This document shows, piece after piece, positions 1 to 12,900 of a stretch of DNA of 64,000 nt; positions within the stretch are counted from its first letter, which is position 1, and each line of letters opens with the position of its first letter. The position numbers and the translations under genes were made by a program. The notes beneath the pieces are model-generated. The model had not been told where the DNA came from. It made no database searches and was given only the letters and a program-made list of their open reading frames with translations. Source of the DNA: Lama guanicoe (lineage: Eukaryota); NCBI GenBank assembly GCA_013239625.1, contig MU054001.1, positions 995,884-1,059,883 on the forward strand, in the 5' to 3' direction.

Positions 1-529
1 CTGTGATTAATGTAACTTAATGTTTGGGGTCGGCAGAAGCTGCAGGCTCTGTCCCTGTGTCCCTCTTCACACTAAAGAGAGGTCACAGGAGACCGAATTA
101 GTCATGCGGAGAAAAAGCCTGTGGGGTGCTTGCATTGGGGAGGGGGGAAGATTTCAAATGTCCCCTTCAAGAAAGAAGCAGAATATCCCCTGGAATTGCT
201 CCTCGGGAAACAATGAGACGTTGGGTCTTTTCATGCAAATACCGCTCCCATTTTGAAAACCAAATGGACCTGAGTCTGCGTATTGTTTTGGAGTTGGGAG
301 GCTATTCTGATTTATTTCACGCATTTGTGAACCAGAAATATCTGGCTTCTCCAAGTTCTCCCTTAGAGAGGCACTAGCACCAGCTGGAATGATGAACAAA
401 AGGCATGAAGGGGAGATAGATACTGTAGGTTGTTTTCTTAATCCTCCAGACTTACTTAAACATTTCCTCTGAGATGCCTTGGGTGATGATTGAAAGTTGG
501 GGTATCAGCGCCTGGAGCCCAGATAGCTG

Positions 530-785
530 AGAGGTTAGACAGAGACTCTGAGGCCAGCCTGAATTGCCTTAAGTCCCATCTCTTCCTTAAGCTGGGTGAC
601 CCCGGAGCACCTTCCAAACCCTCCGGTGCCTCAGTTTACTCATCTGGAACCTGGGGGCAATTACCGTAATTACCCTTAGGGTTGCTGGCAAGCTTAAATG
701 AGGAAAGGTTTTCTGTGCACTTAATTCAGTGCTTGGCACTTAAAAGAATTCAAGAGATTCTTGCTATTGGTATTGTCATTATTAA
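530..785 (+). mobile_element. MIR SINE
   Basis: MIR core: ctgggtgacc...gtgcctcagtttactcatctg...ttaaatgagg...cagtgcttggcac...gctatt. Confidence 0.8.
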
Positions 786-1264
786 TTCTAAAAATAGCTT
801 GTGGAACTATCTCATATTCATGCCTGTCTCGTGCACGCTCCAGGCCAACAATGAGGTGAGGTTTTCTTCAGGTCCTGCCTGGCTAGGTTCCTCCTGCAAG
901 GAGACCTATTTTCCAGTGGAAAATATTTTTAAGGAAATTATATTCAACTCAAGTACATTTACATAATAATATGCATATCTAAAACCTGACTAAGCCAGGC
1001 TGCCCCTAGCTGTGGGAGCAGAGGAGGCCATATTTAAGAATACAAATTACTTGAGGAATATGTTTCTGCGCCCTGGACTGCTCCCAAGGAACACACGTGG
1101 GCTGTGATTAAATGGCAAAACTGGACGATACCAGAGGAATTAAGAAGAAAGAGAACCCAGAACTGCACATAGTGGTCCAATCTAGAAGATGGAGTTTGGA
1201 AAGGATGAGCCTGCGATGGGAGTGGTGGGGATTTCTCAAGGAGAGAGTAGGTCCTGGGAGAATC

Positions 1265-1470
1265 ATCTGAATCATTCATTCAGATATTCAACAAACTTTT
1301 ATCAAATGCCAGGGACAGTTCTAGGTGTTGGAATAACATACTTAACAGGTCAGACCTAGTTTCTGCTTTCATCAGGTTTACATCCCAGCGGAGAGAACAG
1401 ACGGGACCAGCAAACCTTTCTTATCTTTATAAGGTCATTTCAGCCAGACATAAATGCAGTGAGGAAAACG
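1265..1470 (-). mobile_element. L2 LINE 3' fragment
   Basis: tcattcattcagatattcaacaaac...tgccagggacagttctaggtgttgg matches the reverse of the L2 3' end. Confidence 0.65.
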
Positions 1471-2154
1471 AAGCCCACCTTGCTCCCCTCTCTCAGAGCA
1501 ATGAGATGCTTCACAGAGAAGCTGCTTGAAGGCATCTGAGGACATGGATGCTTCTCTCCTTTTTTCCATTCTGTATGACTGGAAAAATCATACCCTTGCT
1601 GGAGCCTTTTTCTCTTTAGAATGTGAGACCCATCATTCTAAGCCCCCAGCATGGAATTCTCTGAAAGGCAGGTCATCCAATAGTTACCTAATCCAGCCCA
1701 GTGCAGCAAACACGCAGTATGTCTGTTGCCCAGTTCCCAGGTCCTGAGCCCATGGCAGGCATCACCAATCCATTGCGATATTGCCTCAGACACAGTCTAA
1801 CTCCAGGCAGACCCTATCAATCAATCAGAGTGAGCACTAGTGGCCTAGCCTTTGGCCTCTACACAAGATGAGATTATGGACGACTAAGAAGATATGCACT
1901 TTCCTTGCTCATTGACACAGTCAGAAGATGTAGTTACTACATTACACAAGACAGGGAGAGACTGCTACATGATTCAGCTATTCTTACATACTATCCTTAC
2001 TATAGTAGCATCTCCCATCCATGGCATCCTGACCCACCAACAGCAGGTCAGGGCTCCCCAGCTGAAGCCCTCAGGGACCTGCAAAGCTGGACACTATGGC
2101 CCGGCCCCTTCCTCAGTACCACACAGAACACCCCTCTCTGAACTTTGATCTCAG

Positions 2155-2395
2155 AGGCAGCATTGGATGGGCTGTGGAGTTAGATCAACCTGAGATTAAA
2201 TGCTGACTCCATCCCTTGCCAGCCATGTGATCTTAGTTTCCATAAGTCATTAGTTTCATCGTACATAAAATGGGGGAAATGACAGTATTCAACTCAAATG
2301 GTGGGCATTAAGTGAGCCAGTATTTTCAAGGCCTTGTACATAGTTACCTCTCAATAAATGTATTCATTGTTTTTCTTATTATTGTTGTTATCAGT
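2155..2395 (+). mobile_element. MIR SINE
   Basis: gggctgtggagttaga...tgtgatctt...agtttcatcgtacataaaatgggg...ctcaataaatg. Confidence 0.7.
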
Positions 2396-3610
2396 TAACA
2401 TGAAAAAAAGAAAGGAAGAAAGAAAGAAAAAATCTGCAAGAGATCTTCACTGGGACAAAAATGCCTGTTGCCTGCTAAATAATGCAGAGTGCTTGCCCTT
2501 TCTGACTGCAAAGGTTTAGAAAAAGGTTTATGTGATTTTTGCATTTTTCTCCAACAGGGAGAGAGAGCCAGGAGAGAGGGTGCCAGCAGGGGTACGTGTC
2601 TCTAGCAAAAAAAAAAAAAGAAAGAAAAAAATCCGCATTCAATAAATGGGAAAATTATTTAAATAAGCAATCCTGAAGAAAAAAATATGGAAGCCAATTT
2701 TATTCATAAAACAACTGATTTACAGCATTCTAGCTAAGAGCAGCTTTTAACTCAAGCCTCTGAGATCCTATTTATTATTCAGCAAAATATTCAAGATTAA
2801 TAAAGGTATCTTTAATACTAATATAGCAGCAAGAGCTAATATATGTAAAATAATTATTATGAAAAGTATTATCAATATTTGGGGGAATAATGTACATGCA
2901 TAATGAATGAATTTTGCCCCTGGGTTTAGGCTTATATCTTGGCCTGATTTTGCATGGAGAAATTCTGCATTATAATGAAAGGCAAAATGATCACACATTA
3001 TAACTGCAAGGTTTTTTTTTTATCACTGCTTAGAAGGATCCTACAACTGCCACCAAAACAGGAAAAAAATATATGTATATTCCACATAAACAGGCATATG
3101 GTGAGATGTATCATTCTTTGAAAGGTGAGAAACCTTGACAATTATCAGCCCTGAAGAAGTAAATAAGAAATTTTATAATAGCCAAGTATCACGAAAATCT
3201 ACCAAATTTTAGGCGAAGGAAGGGTTGCTTAGATTTCTTTTGCCATCTAAACATTCTTGAGGCTGATCTCCTCAGGCATTTCTCAAATGGCACATACAAA
3301 CTAAATCAAATAAAGACTTGTTCTCATTTTCATGAGCTGTTGAGGACCTTTCAAAATTAAACAGAAGCTCCTTCTTCACCTTCACTCTTAACCCCAAACT
3401 TCTGGGGTAAAAAGTCAAATTGTATTCAACAAACGTATGTGCGTTCTTCCTTGCACCAAATCCTGTGAAAATACAAAGACAAATCTGGAAGGACTCCTTA
3501 CTTTCTGGAGCAGAGGATCATAACATCAAATATGAAAGGGGATCTCAGTGATTAGTTTCCTTTTGTAGAAAAAAAAAAAAAAACCCTGAGGTCTAAAAAT
3601 GGCAAACTCA

Positions 3611-3686
3611 GGGGGAGGGTATAGCTCAGTGGTAGAGTGCATGCTTAGCATACATGAGATCCTGGGTTCAATCCCCGGTACCACCA

Positions 3687-3739
<53 letters not shown>

Positions 3740-3802
3740 ACTTCCTTACCTCCCCCTCAAAAAAAAGAGTTGTAATAAAAAAATTTTTTAAATAAAAAAA
3801 TT
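3611..3802 (+). mobile_element. tRNA-Ala(AGC)-derived SINE (camelid vic-1-like), with (TAAA)n tract
   Basis: Head gggggagggtatagctcagtggtagagtgcatgcttagcatacatgagatcctgggttcaatcccc has Pol III A/B boxes; tail ttacctcccc; A-rich end; TSD aaaatggcaaactca (3596-3610) / aaaatggcaaataca (3803-3817). Confidence 0.9.
3687..3740. repeat. (TAAA)n microsatellite inside the SINE
   Basis: Directly visible tetranucleotide run. Confidence 0.95.
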
Positions 3803-4819
3803 AAAATGGCAAATACATGAAAAGCTCTATTTCCTTACTTTTAAAGCAGGAAAATTTCTACTACTGCCCTCCACCATCCCCTTCCACCAAGTTCACCCAC
3901 CCAACCAATGAAGAGGCGGTGTCCACTGATGACGTCAGCTGTTTCCACATGAAATCTGCACCTCCTCCACGGAGGCAGGGCTAGGGCACCTTGGGAGCCA
4001 AACTGAAGTTACCCTTTACCATCCCCAGCACAGATTCCAATTTGAACAACAAATCAGCTGTCCATCACCCGGGACGTTGCACAAAGCATGATATTGGCTT
4101 CATTCAACAGCTTCTGTTCTTTCACTGACATTTCAGTCGTGCCGGCTTCTACCTTCAATGATCCCTAAGATGAGGCAAGCACGTTCAGCATCATCGAAAG
4201 AAAACAAAAGTTTCCAAACATTTGCTGGCTCTGGAATTTATGTGTAAGAACTCATGTTTGAAAGGTTTTATTTTTTATGTTAAATGACGACACTATAAAT
4301 CTCACAAACTGCATAAATCAGACTTGACGCCAGCCCCAGGAGTGAGGCTGGGACCGATTTATGATGAGGCACGAGAGAGGAACAGTGTATTTTATTTGTT
4401 TTACCACCTGGCATTTACATGCAGAGGAGCCTTGGGGAGCCGGCCTGTATGGACCAGGGAACAGTCCACAAGGTTACAATAAATCCACCTGCGATGGGCA
4501 ACCCACTTTGGGTTAAGAACTTGGACTCAAATAACCACAAAGATATGCTGTCTGATGGAAGATTCTTAATCCTGAGTAGAAATAGTGCTGGATTGGGAGC
4601 TGAGGGTGACGATTCTCAGGCCTTGGTTAGCTTCAAACACTAATTATTATTGTTCATGGAGAGAGTCTTTTGTAGACTTTTTCCATCTTTGTTATTGGGA
4701 AATTCAAGATCAATATGTAAGATTTTACGGGATGTTTTATGAATTTTAAAATTATGAAAATTTGCCTTCAAGAGTCCCAAGCTTTAAAGGCATCTCAGTG
4801 AATCTTGTTCTGGGATAAT

Positions 4820-5830
4820 ATTCATTTATTAAACACATATTTAATGAACAGCTACTAAGTGGCAGGTGTATCTTCTTGAGGAGTTGACCATCGAGAGGAG
4901 GAAACAGAAAATAAAAGAATAATACTCAGATGAGAATGACTGCTACAGAGGAAAATAAAAAGTGATGGAAGTGCTTTATTAGACAGGATAGTCAGGCAAC
5001 ATCTCCTTGGTAAGAGGACACTTCATCAGAGACTGAATAAAGGGAAGGAAAGCACCACTGTGGTAACAGAGGTAAGAACATCCAGCCAGTGCAAAGGCTG
5101 GAGTTGGGAGCAAGGTTGATTTCTTCAAGGAAGCCCAGGGGGACCAGGAGGGCGTGGAATAAGTAAGAGAGAGTAGAGGTTTCCCCACTGTCCACAAGGA
5201 GAGTGTTCCTGTGAAAACTTTCTCAAGTTGAAATAATGTAAGATGAAGAAGCAATCACATTAGGACACATCTTGCTAAGGGACGCACAACATACATCCGG
5301 GTCAAGCACAGATGCAACTCAAAGCTCTGGCAACTGGATGCGGAGATGCTGAGTATAGTTCCTGGGGAAGGGGGTTGGCGGTGCTCTAACAGTTCCTGGA
5401 AAACAAAAGCAGAAAGGGATTTTCACTTTTCCAATTTTTTTTTCCATAAAAGTGAAAATTCTCTTCAGATTTTCTTGGCTTATCAAAAACAGGTATTAAC
5501 ATACCTCTTTCATAAAAGCAAAGTGGCATAAAGCAAATTTTCTAAAAGCTTTACAAAAATCTTTCAAAAAAGCTTAATTGACGGGGGATGCCTGTAATAC
5601 CAGACAAGATGGGAGAGGCCATGGGGGGCCAAACCCATGGGAGAATTTGGGCTTTACCTCTGAGTGAGATGGGAAACTTAAGAAAGTTTGAGCAGAGGGC
5701 TAACATGATGTGACCATTGTCTTCTGAACATATCACTCTCTTGTTGGAGGTCAGACCACTGGGAGGCAAAGACAGAAACCAGGAGACCTGCTGACACACT
5801 ATTGCAGAAGTCCAAGCCACAGGTACCGTA
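4820..5830 (-). mobile_element. L2 LINE fragment interrupted by a Tigger-type element
   Basis: ttcatttattaaacacatattt...cagtgcaaaggctggag (to about 5173) resumes at about 5597 with tttgggctttacctctgagtgagatgggaa...gagcagagg. Confidence 0.7.
5176..5594. mobile_element. TcMar-Tigger non-autonomous DNA transposon (MER82-like)
   Basis: Imperfect terminal inverted repeats ta|gaggtttccccac ... cgggggatgcctg|ta with TA target duplication; splits an L2. Confidence 0.65.
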
Positions 5831-7962
5831 AAGGGCAACAAATTCCCTTGCTCTACCTGAATCTCAACTTGCACCTCATGCATATTTCTCACTAACCTTT
5901 GGACTCATTCTAAGAAAGACAAAATCACAGTTAGACCCAGAGTTTGAGCGCCTTGGATTGTTTGAAAAATGAGCAGTTTCAGAAAATGAAATACTAAATC
6001 CAAGGGACATAAGTCCTTTTCCTTCTGAGACATACTAAGGATGCTGCTGTTCTGTTCATTGTGTGATTTTACTAGGACCAGGATGCAGCCTAAGGTGGTA
6101 GCATTCTTCCTGATGATTTACCTACAGCCAATTTATTGCCCAGTAGTTTCAACTCCTGGGAGAAGTCTGCTCTGAACGTGTTTACCAATGTGTCAAGAAG
6201 ACAGTACGAGAGACCTCATCGGACTTAATTAAAGCCAAACTAGACTTCATAGAAAGAAGGGAGAGAGTACCAAAGAGAGAGGGAGGAGGGGAGGGGATGA
6301 AGGGTGCCCGGCCACATCCTCTTCCCGCAAATTGGTTTCTAGTCGCATGAGCGTACTGGGAAGAACACTTAGGAGTGATTACTAAGAGAGGAAGGTTGTG
6401 GGGGGTGCATCGCCCAGACATTGAAGGATGGGGCCAAATGGGAGGGAATGGACAAATTAATGATTAAGGAAGATTTTTTTCTTCCAGGAGTCGTGTCCAG
6501 CCTGGCCTCCCAGATTTCAGCAATCTTTCACTGTCAAGAGAGGCTGGGAGATTGATTCAATTAAGATTAGCAGAGTCGAAAAAATGGCATGGGTTAGTTT
6601 TGATTAGTAATGTCTTGTCTCTCCTCTCGCGGTGGTGGTGGCAGGAACACAGAGGGAGTTTAGTTCTGTGGGGTCACGGGGCAGGCAAGGCAGGCTTCCA
6701 AAGTGGGGTTCAAGGACCCGACACTGGGATGGAGAGATGGCATTTCTTTTGTGATTTTCTTCCAAGGTCTCTTCCATTTGTCCTTCTTGGGGATGGTTTT
6801 CTTATAATTAGCTACTTTTTTCTAAGGGAACACGAAGGAGGTGGAAAAACTCTGAAATGCGGGGGTCATTGTGGGGTACAATTCCTTGAAGCAAATGAAT
6901 GTAATTGGAGGTCTCATTAATTCTGAGGCGATGCCCAGGTGCCCTGTCTGCTCCATCAGGAGGGCGGGAGAACTCTCCAGGAGATGCGAGCATGTTTGAA
7001 AACAGAGAGGGGCAGGCAGCCCCGGCTTCTCCTGCCAAAGAACCTCCCCAGGCTTGGGGGCGGTGGGGGGCGGGGGGGTGGTCCTGGGGTGAAGAGATGG
7101 TGGGAAACACATCTCTCCCACCTCCTCCCACAGCCACAAAGCACACCAGCGCTGTTGATTTCTGTCCCGCGGGTCTGGGCGTTAGAGCAGCAGCCCGCCA
7201 ATGCTTGAAAGAAATGTGCCTTGCAATTTACCATCACCTCTAAATTCGTATTCAGACCCTGTTGCTGGATAAGTTTAATGAAAGTGGTACTTTCCACGAG
7301 GTCCCTGGTGGCATTAGTTCACATTACAAAATCATTATACATAATTTGACACTATTGTGCACCGTTAGCTTAGAAAAAGAGCTTGTTTTACAGCTCTGGG
7401 GACAGAGGTCCCTCCAGATAAGGTTGGGCTTATGAGAGCGGGAGAGCGGAGGGAAGGGCCTCCCTCTGGTTAGTAATGAGGCCTTTGATGTTCGATGCAG
7501 TTACTCCCTTTATGCTCATCAAGACAGATATTTAGTCCAAGGGAAAAGGAAAAAAGCGCCAAGTTACTCTCTTAAAAGGCAGCCGTGGACCATGTACTAA
7601 GCTCCACTACTCTTAAAAGCAAACATTTAATCTGTATTTTAAAGGCCTCTCCCAATGCCATCAACCCCCACCTAATTGATTTTTTGTTCTGAAAGCTCTT
7701 GTTCCTGGTGTTCTTGGCAGGACTCGTCCCACATTCTTCTGCCCTGTTCCACGCAGCCACACAGGGCTGGCATTGATCTGGGTTGTGCAGCTGAAGACTC
7801 ACCAGTTGTTAGAAATTTAAACACTTCCACGCCAGTAGGTAAATGGTCTTGGTCCAAGTGCCTGTGCCCACTCGGTGCCTGGACACCCTAACCCTTCCCC
7901 AGTTGTCCTCCGGACACAGCAACTAATGGGTTAATGCCTGGCACTCCAGGGGACATGCAGAA

Positions 7963-8245
7963 TGTTATAGGCGAATTTTATCTCCCTCTCCCCAAATTCA
8001 TATGTCGATGTTAGGACCATTTAGGGAGGTAAATGTTACAGGGAGCCATAAGGATGGGGTCCTAATCAGATAGGATTGGTGTCCTTATAGGAAAAAGGAG
8101 ACCCGAGATTGCTCTCCAGAGATAAGATCGTGGAGAAAAGGTCACATGAGGACACAGTGGGAAGGCAGCATCTACAAACCAGAAACCAGCCCTGCCGGGA
8201 CCTTGATCTTGAACTTCCAGCCTGCAGAACTGTGAGAAAATACAG
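7963..8245 (+). mobile_element. MLT1 (ERVL-MaLR) LTR
   Basis: tgttataggcgaatt...cccaaattcatatg...ggtgtccttatagga...ccttgatcttgaacttccagcctgcagaactgtgagaaaata. Confidence 0.85.
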
Positions 8246-8254
8246 TGACATCTC

Positions 8255-8870
8255 TCACCCCGACCACCCTGACAGCCTCTTAAAGACTAGGCTTCCTGCT
8301 CCAGACTTTCTCCCTCCCCCACACCCACCTCTCTGCAGTCGACATGACTTTCCAAAACTCCAAGCACATCGCTGCCCTGCTTGAAACTCTTCAGTGGCAC
8401 TCCATCAGCCTCGGATGGAATCCAACAGCGCCTGCAGGTCCCGCAGGGTCGAGCTTCAGCCTTCCAGCTTTTGTGTTCGCTTTTCCTTGTGCCAAAACAG
8501 CCCTTCCATGCCCTTCCGCTGGCCAGCGCTCACATAGCCTCCCCGGGGACAACCACTCGCACAAGTCTGCGGGGCTGTCATTCTGAGGCCCTTGAACTCC
8601 TCGTGTGGACTCTCGCCTCCCTGGGATGGCTCCTCTGTTGAGAGGTCCACCTTACGATGGATCTGAAATCACCTCCCCATAAGCTCTCCTCTCTGGTCCT
8701 CCTTCCTTCTTACTCTCCTTGTCCCCCAGCAATCTTTGTAGCCTTTTAGGTTTTCCTTCGTTCCGTGGGGCTGAGACAATATCATCCTTCTTCACTGCTG
8801 AATTTCCAGTGCCTACCACGCCTGGCTCAGTAGGCGCTAAGTAAATCTGTACAGAGTAAATGAAGGAAGA
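8255..8870 (+). mobile_element. L2 LINE fragment
   Basis: gccctgcttgaaactcttcagtggcactcc...cttcactgctgaatttccagtgcct...cctggctcagtaggcgctaagtaaat...aaatgaa (L2 3' end). Confidence 0.65.
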
Positions 8871-9832
8871 TTTGGAATAAGATGCTAGAGCTAGAAGAAG
8901 CCTTCGGAAGGCTCAAGTTCCACTTCCTCATTTTACGGGTGAACAAACCAGGGCTCAGCCAAGGAAAGAGAATGCCTCAACGTCACAGGGCAAGAGAGTG
9001 GCCAGGCCAGGCTAGAATCTATTGATCCGAAAGGACTAGGAGCAAAATGGGAAACTCCAGTCCATCTCCGGATTCTCTGAGTAGGGAGCCGATAGGTCCT
9101 TTTCCCAAAAGCATCACGGGCATCACGCAACCTTAAGTGAATATCTATGCCTGGTCCACTGCCATTTTTTCTAGGGACTGGGATGCAAGATTGATGAGAT
9201 TTAAAATGGTGTCGTATTCTGGGCATTCATAACTTGGACTGGAGTGCAGGAAATCCTGCTCATCTCACAGAGGGAGACAAATGTACTCTGGAAAATTCCC
9301 GGAGGGAAGGAGGGCATCCCGGGGAATCTCCATCTACACAGGCAAGTCTGTTCTAAATCAACCAGAGAAAGGGGTCCAGGGTGGTTCCTTCACATTCCAG
9401 AAGGTTCCTGAAGCAAGTCAGTCTGGTGGAATGGGTGTTTCAAACGGAAGGCAGGAGAGGGGCAGCTGGAATGGCGGTGGAGGCTTCGGGCTCTCCCTCG
9501 CTGGAGAATGGCTTCATCCCAAAATGTGCCTCCCCTCCCTTACCTTGAAGTTCCACTTCTTCCAACAAAGGCAGAGTGAAGGCTGCCTTCAGGGACTCAA
9601 AGAAAATCTCCCACACGCCAACCAAGAGAGAGGGAGGGAGGGAGACTCTCAGAGATTCAGAGAGAGAAAGCTGGATTCCAAGAGAGAGACGGACAAAGAG
9701 AGTCTAATTAACCCAAAGCAAAGGAATAGAAAGTGAGACAGATGCTCAATGACTTTCAACATACTAATAAAGAAGGAAAAATTTATTCCAAGAAAAACTT
9801 ATAAAAGGGAAAGACAAAAAATACATACTACA

Positions 9833-9950
9833 GGGCGGGGGTGGTATAGCTCAGCGGTAGAGTGCATGCCTAGTATGCACGAGGTCCTGGGTTCAATCCC
9901 CAGTACCTTCATTAAAAAAAGGAAATAAACCTAATTACCTCCCCCTCCAA
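9833..9950 (+). mobile_element. tRNA-Ala-derived SINE (vic-1-like)
   Basis: ggtatagctcagcggtagagtgcatgcctagtatgcacgaggtcctgggttcaatccccagtacc followed by the tail aaataaacctaattacctccccc; degenerate TSD aaaaaatacatacta / aaaagatacacatta. Confidence 0.9.
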
Positions 9951-12900
9951 AAAGATACACATTATTTCCCTCTCTCTCCTTCTTTTCCTTTCTTTTGTTT
10001 CAGCTGAGAAGACTGAGGCCCAGAGAGGTGAAGTGACTTGCCCACGGCTGCACAGCAGGGCAGAGGTGCAGATACACCTCTGCTGAAGCCTAACGCAGGA
10101 GCCCTACACCACACCCACGCCACACGACAGGTCAGACCACAGGCAGCGGAGCCGGCAAGGCAGGGTGAGAGTCGGGATACGGCTGTGGAGTTGCACTCCT
10201 GACGAAACTGATGTGTTTGGTACCTCTCGTGGTACATGCATGTCCTCCGCATCGCCCCTGTGTGTGCTTCAGTGTCCATATTGTCAGTTCTTATAATGCA
10301 GGAATGATAGCAGTATCAGTTCCACAGTTGTGACTTGAGAATTAATTGTGATGCGGCCAATGCCTGGCATTGAGTAGGAACTCAACAAAATGTTACCTTT
10401 TGAGGCTGCCATCAGCTTTTCCCATTCTTCTTTCACGATTCCTTTCCAAGACCTGCGATCTTGGGAGGCTTTGCAAGAATGCCTTTGATAGCTACAATGT
10501 TGTTAACTCACCTCCCCGGGCTGGCGTGGGGCTCGACTAAGCTGACAGCTGTAAAGCGCCTGCAACAAGGGCTGGTATAAAGCAAGTACCAAGAGCTGCT
10601 TCTTTCGTTACGGAGAGCGATGTATAGGCACATATGTACACCGACTCTTTCATTCAGTAATTCAATAAGCACCTGAATTCAATAAGCACCTATATATTTA
10701 TGAATGACTTTTACCTCCGTCTATAAAGACTCATACTTCTGGGCTTCATTTCCTGCCGTGTTATTTGGGGAGATTCTCCACGTGGATCTTTTCTGAGGAT
10801 GGAGGAACAAGCATTCTGGGAAGGTGGCACAAGGAGAGCCATTTTTCCTGGTGTCACAGGGGAGAAACTTCTTAATCCAGACCGCGCTGACTTCTCCCCT
10901 CCCAGATCAGCTCAGACGCCCTCTCCTCGAAGGCAAGGCAAAGGCAGGCTCCCAGAGCCCTCTGGCTCCATTCAAAATCCCCTTTTCAGAGCTGTGGCAG
11001 TTTTATGGCCTTTAATGACCCCCTATTGTACCCTGATTGCCAATCAGGGCACACGTAATGACCACGCAGCATCACTTAGCCCTTATTCCGATGACAATGG
11101 CCAGAGCGGCCAGCTCGCTGTTTTGACATGAGCGGGGTCACAGGGAAAGTTTTCGGGCGGGTGATTTAAGGAGGCCGGACCAGCCAGCACCCTCGACTCC
11201 TCAGTTGCTGGGACTTGGACAAAAGAATGAACTCTGAACTTTTCCTTTGACGGATGGAGGTCATTAAAACCATGATGGGGGCTCCTTCAAAGGCAGGTGT
11301 AGACCAGGCTGTCCCTCAAAGCGCCTAATAAAGAGAGAACAGGCGATTGTGTGGGATTCGGAGAAGGGGGACTTCTGAGAGATTCACTCAAGTGGTTCAA
11401 AGAAATCAATGAGCCGCTCTGGCCGATTGACAGGGGCCAGAAGTGCGCCGACATTCCCTCCACCACCCATTCAATGGGTGGCTGCCCCAATTGTTCCCAA
11501 GCAGGGGCCACCACAATAAATGCTCGGGGTCCTTTCATGGGTACCCTGGACCAGCGCGAGAATCCAGAGAAAGCTGCACCACCAACTCCCACTTTAAATT
11601 CCATCCATTTTAATAAAGTGCCGAGAGACCTCCAAGCAGCTTAAAATATTAAAGGTTTCTTTTAAACATCTGGAAGATAACATCTCATTACTAGATGGTG
11701 CTCGAGGTTATTAATATGTAATCAGAGCTAATCCCATCAACACAAACAAACAGCAAACAAAAGCCCTTCCCCGAGAAGCATCATCTCCTCAGAACACAGA
11801 AGAGCCCCCAACAGAGCTTCCAGGCGACACGGCCCCCCCCAACCCCCATTCCCACCACAGCACAACCAGCTGGGTCCACATGCTGCCCCTGGAGGGGCAA
11901 ACCCAGAAACGTTGACCTCCTGGCAGTCAGCAGGACAAGTCAGCCAAATAGATTGACTGCAAATGACTTGAGTCATCGAAGTTCAACCATGAAGGGAAAT
12001 GAAAGCTCAGGAAATTTCACCTCCCTCTTCTATTTTTTTTTTTTTTATAAAAGGTGTTTTTGCTTTTCTCGAAAGGGTCAGAAATGTTGATCCCAAAGGT
12101 CTGAGCGGGAATATAAATGGATGTGGAGAAACTGGAAGCTGGGTCTGGGGGGAGCAGTGTGCTGAATGTCTCGTCAGGATCACTTGCCCGGCACGTTACA
12201 CACACATGCACGCGGGATGCCGAATTCGGCACCCCTCTCCTGCCAGGGCAATGGTTATTAAGGGTAACACGATCGGATGAGAAGGCAGCACATGGGCAAC
12301 CACAGAGCCCAGAGGAAACAGCTGTGCAGACAAATAAATGAAGGTCCTGCCTCCCTAAAAGGCACCCACAAGGCAGAGCCACATCCTTTGCATTGTCCGA
12401 GGACAAGTCATTGCGGGTTCTCCAGCAGTCGGTGGTGTCAGCAAGGCTGGAGGAAAAAGTGATGACTCGCCGGCCCCAGGAAGAGGCTCCGGAAGCACCT
12501 CGCTGATGGAAGTCCACTTTAACCCTTCCATCCCTCCTTCTCTGACAGTGAAACTGAGACAAAGGAGCAGGTTGACCTCTCTTGAGTCATAGAAAAGACT
12601 AGAGTCAGGAGAAATAATAAGGACTTTCTCTCCAGATCCCCAAGGAAAATGGTCTGGTTCATTCTAGCAGTTAACTGTGGTGTAACAAACATCTTTTGAG
12701 CATCAGCAAGCAGTGTCCTAGGTGCTGGGTTATGTGATAATGAGAGACACAGCCCCTTTCTTTATTGGAAGAAGGAAATTCAACAGATAATGACTCAAAT
12801 AATGAATATTCTGAGAGCTACTATAAGGGAAAAAAAGAGGGTCTCCTAAGGAACGAAAACAGAGAGCTGCTCCAGTCTGGTGGGTTGGAAAAGGCTGAGT

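Noticed and set aside
3611..3685. tRNA-Ala(AGC) gene (also at 9833, 18191 and 46665-46735)
   Set aside because: Each head is followed by a shared SINE tail and A-rich end and is flanked by TSDs; stems carry mismatches. These are SINEs, not tRNA genes.
9961..10035. Strong polypyrimidine tract plus CAG acceptor
   Set aside because: It leads into an antisense MIR fragment with only a weak donor (gag|gtgaag), and there is no other support.
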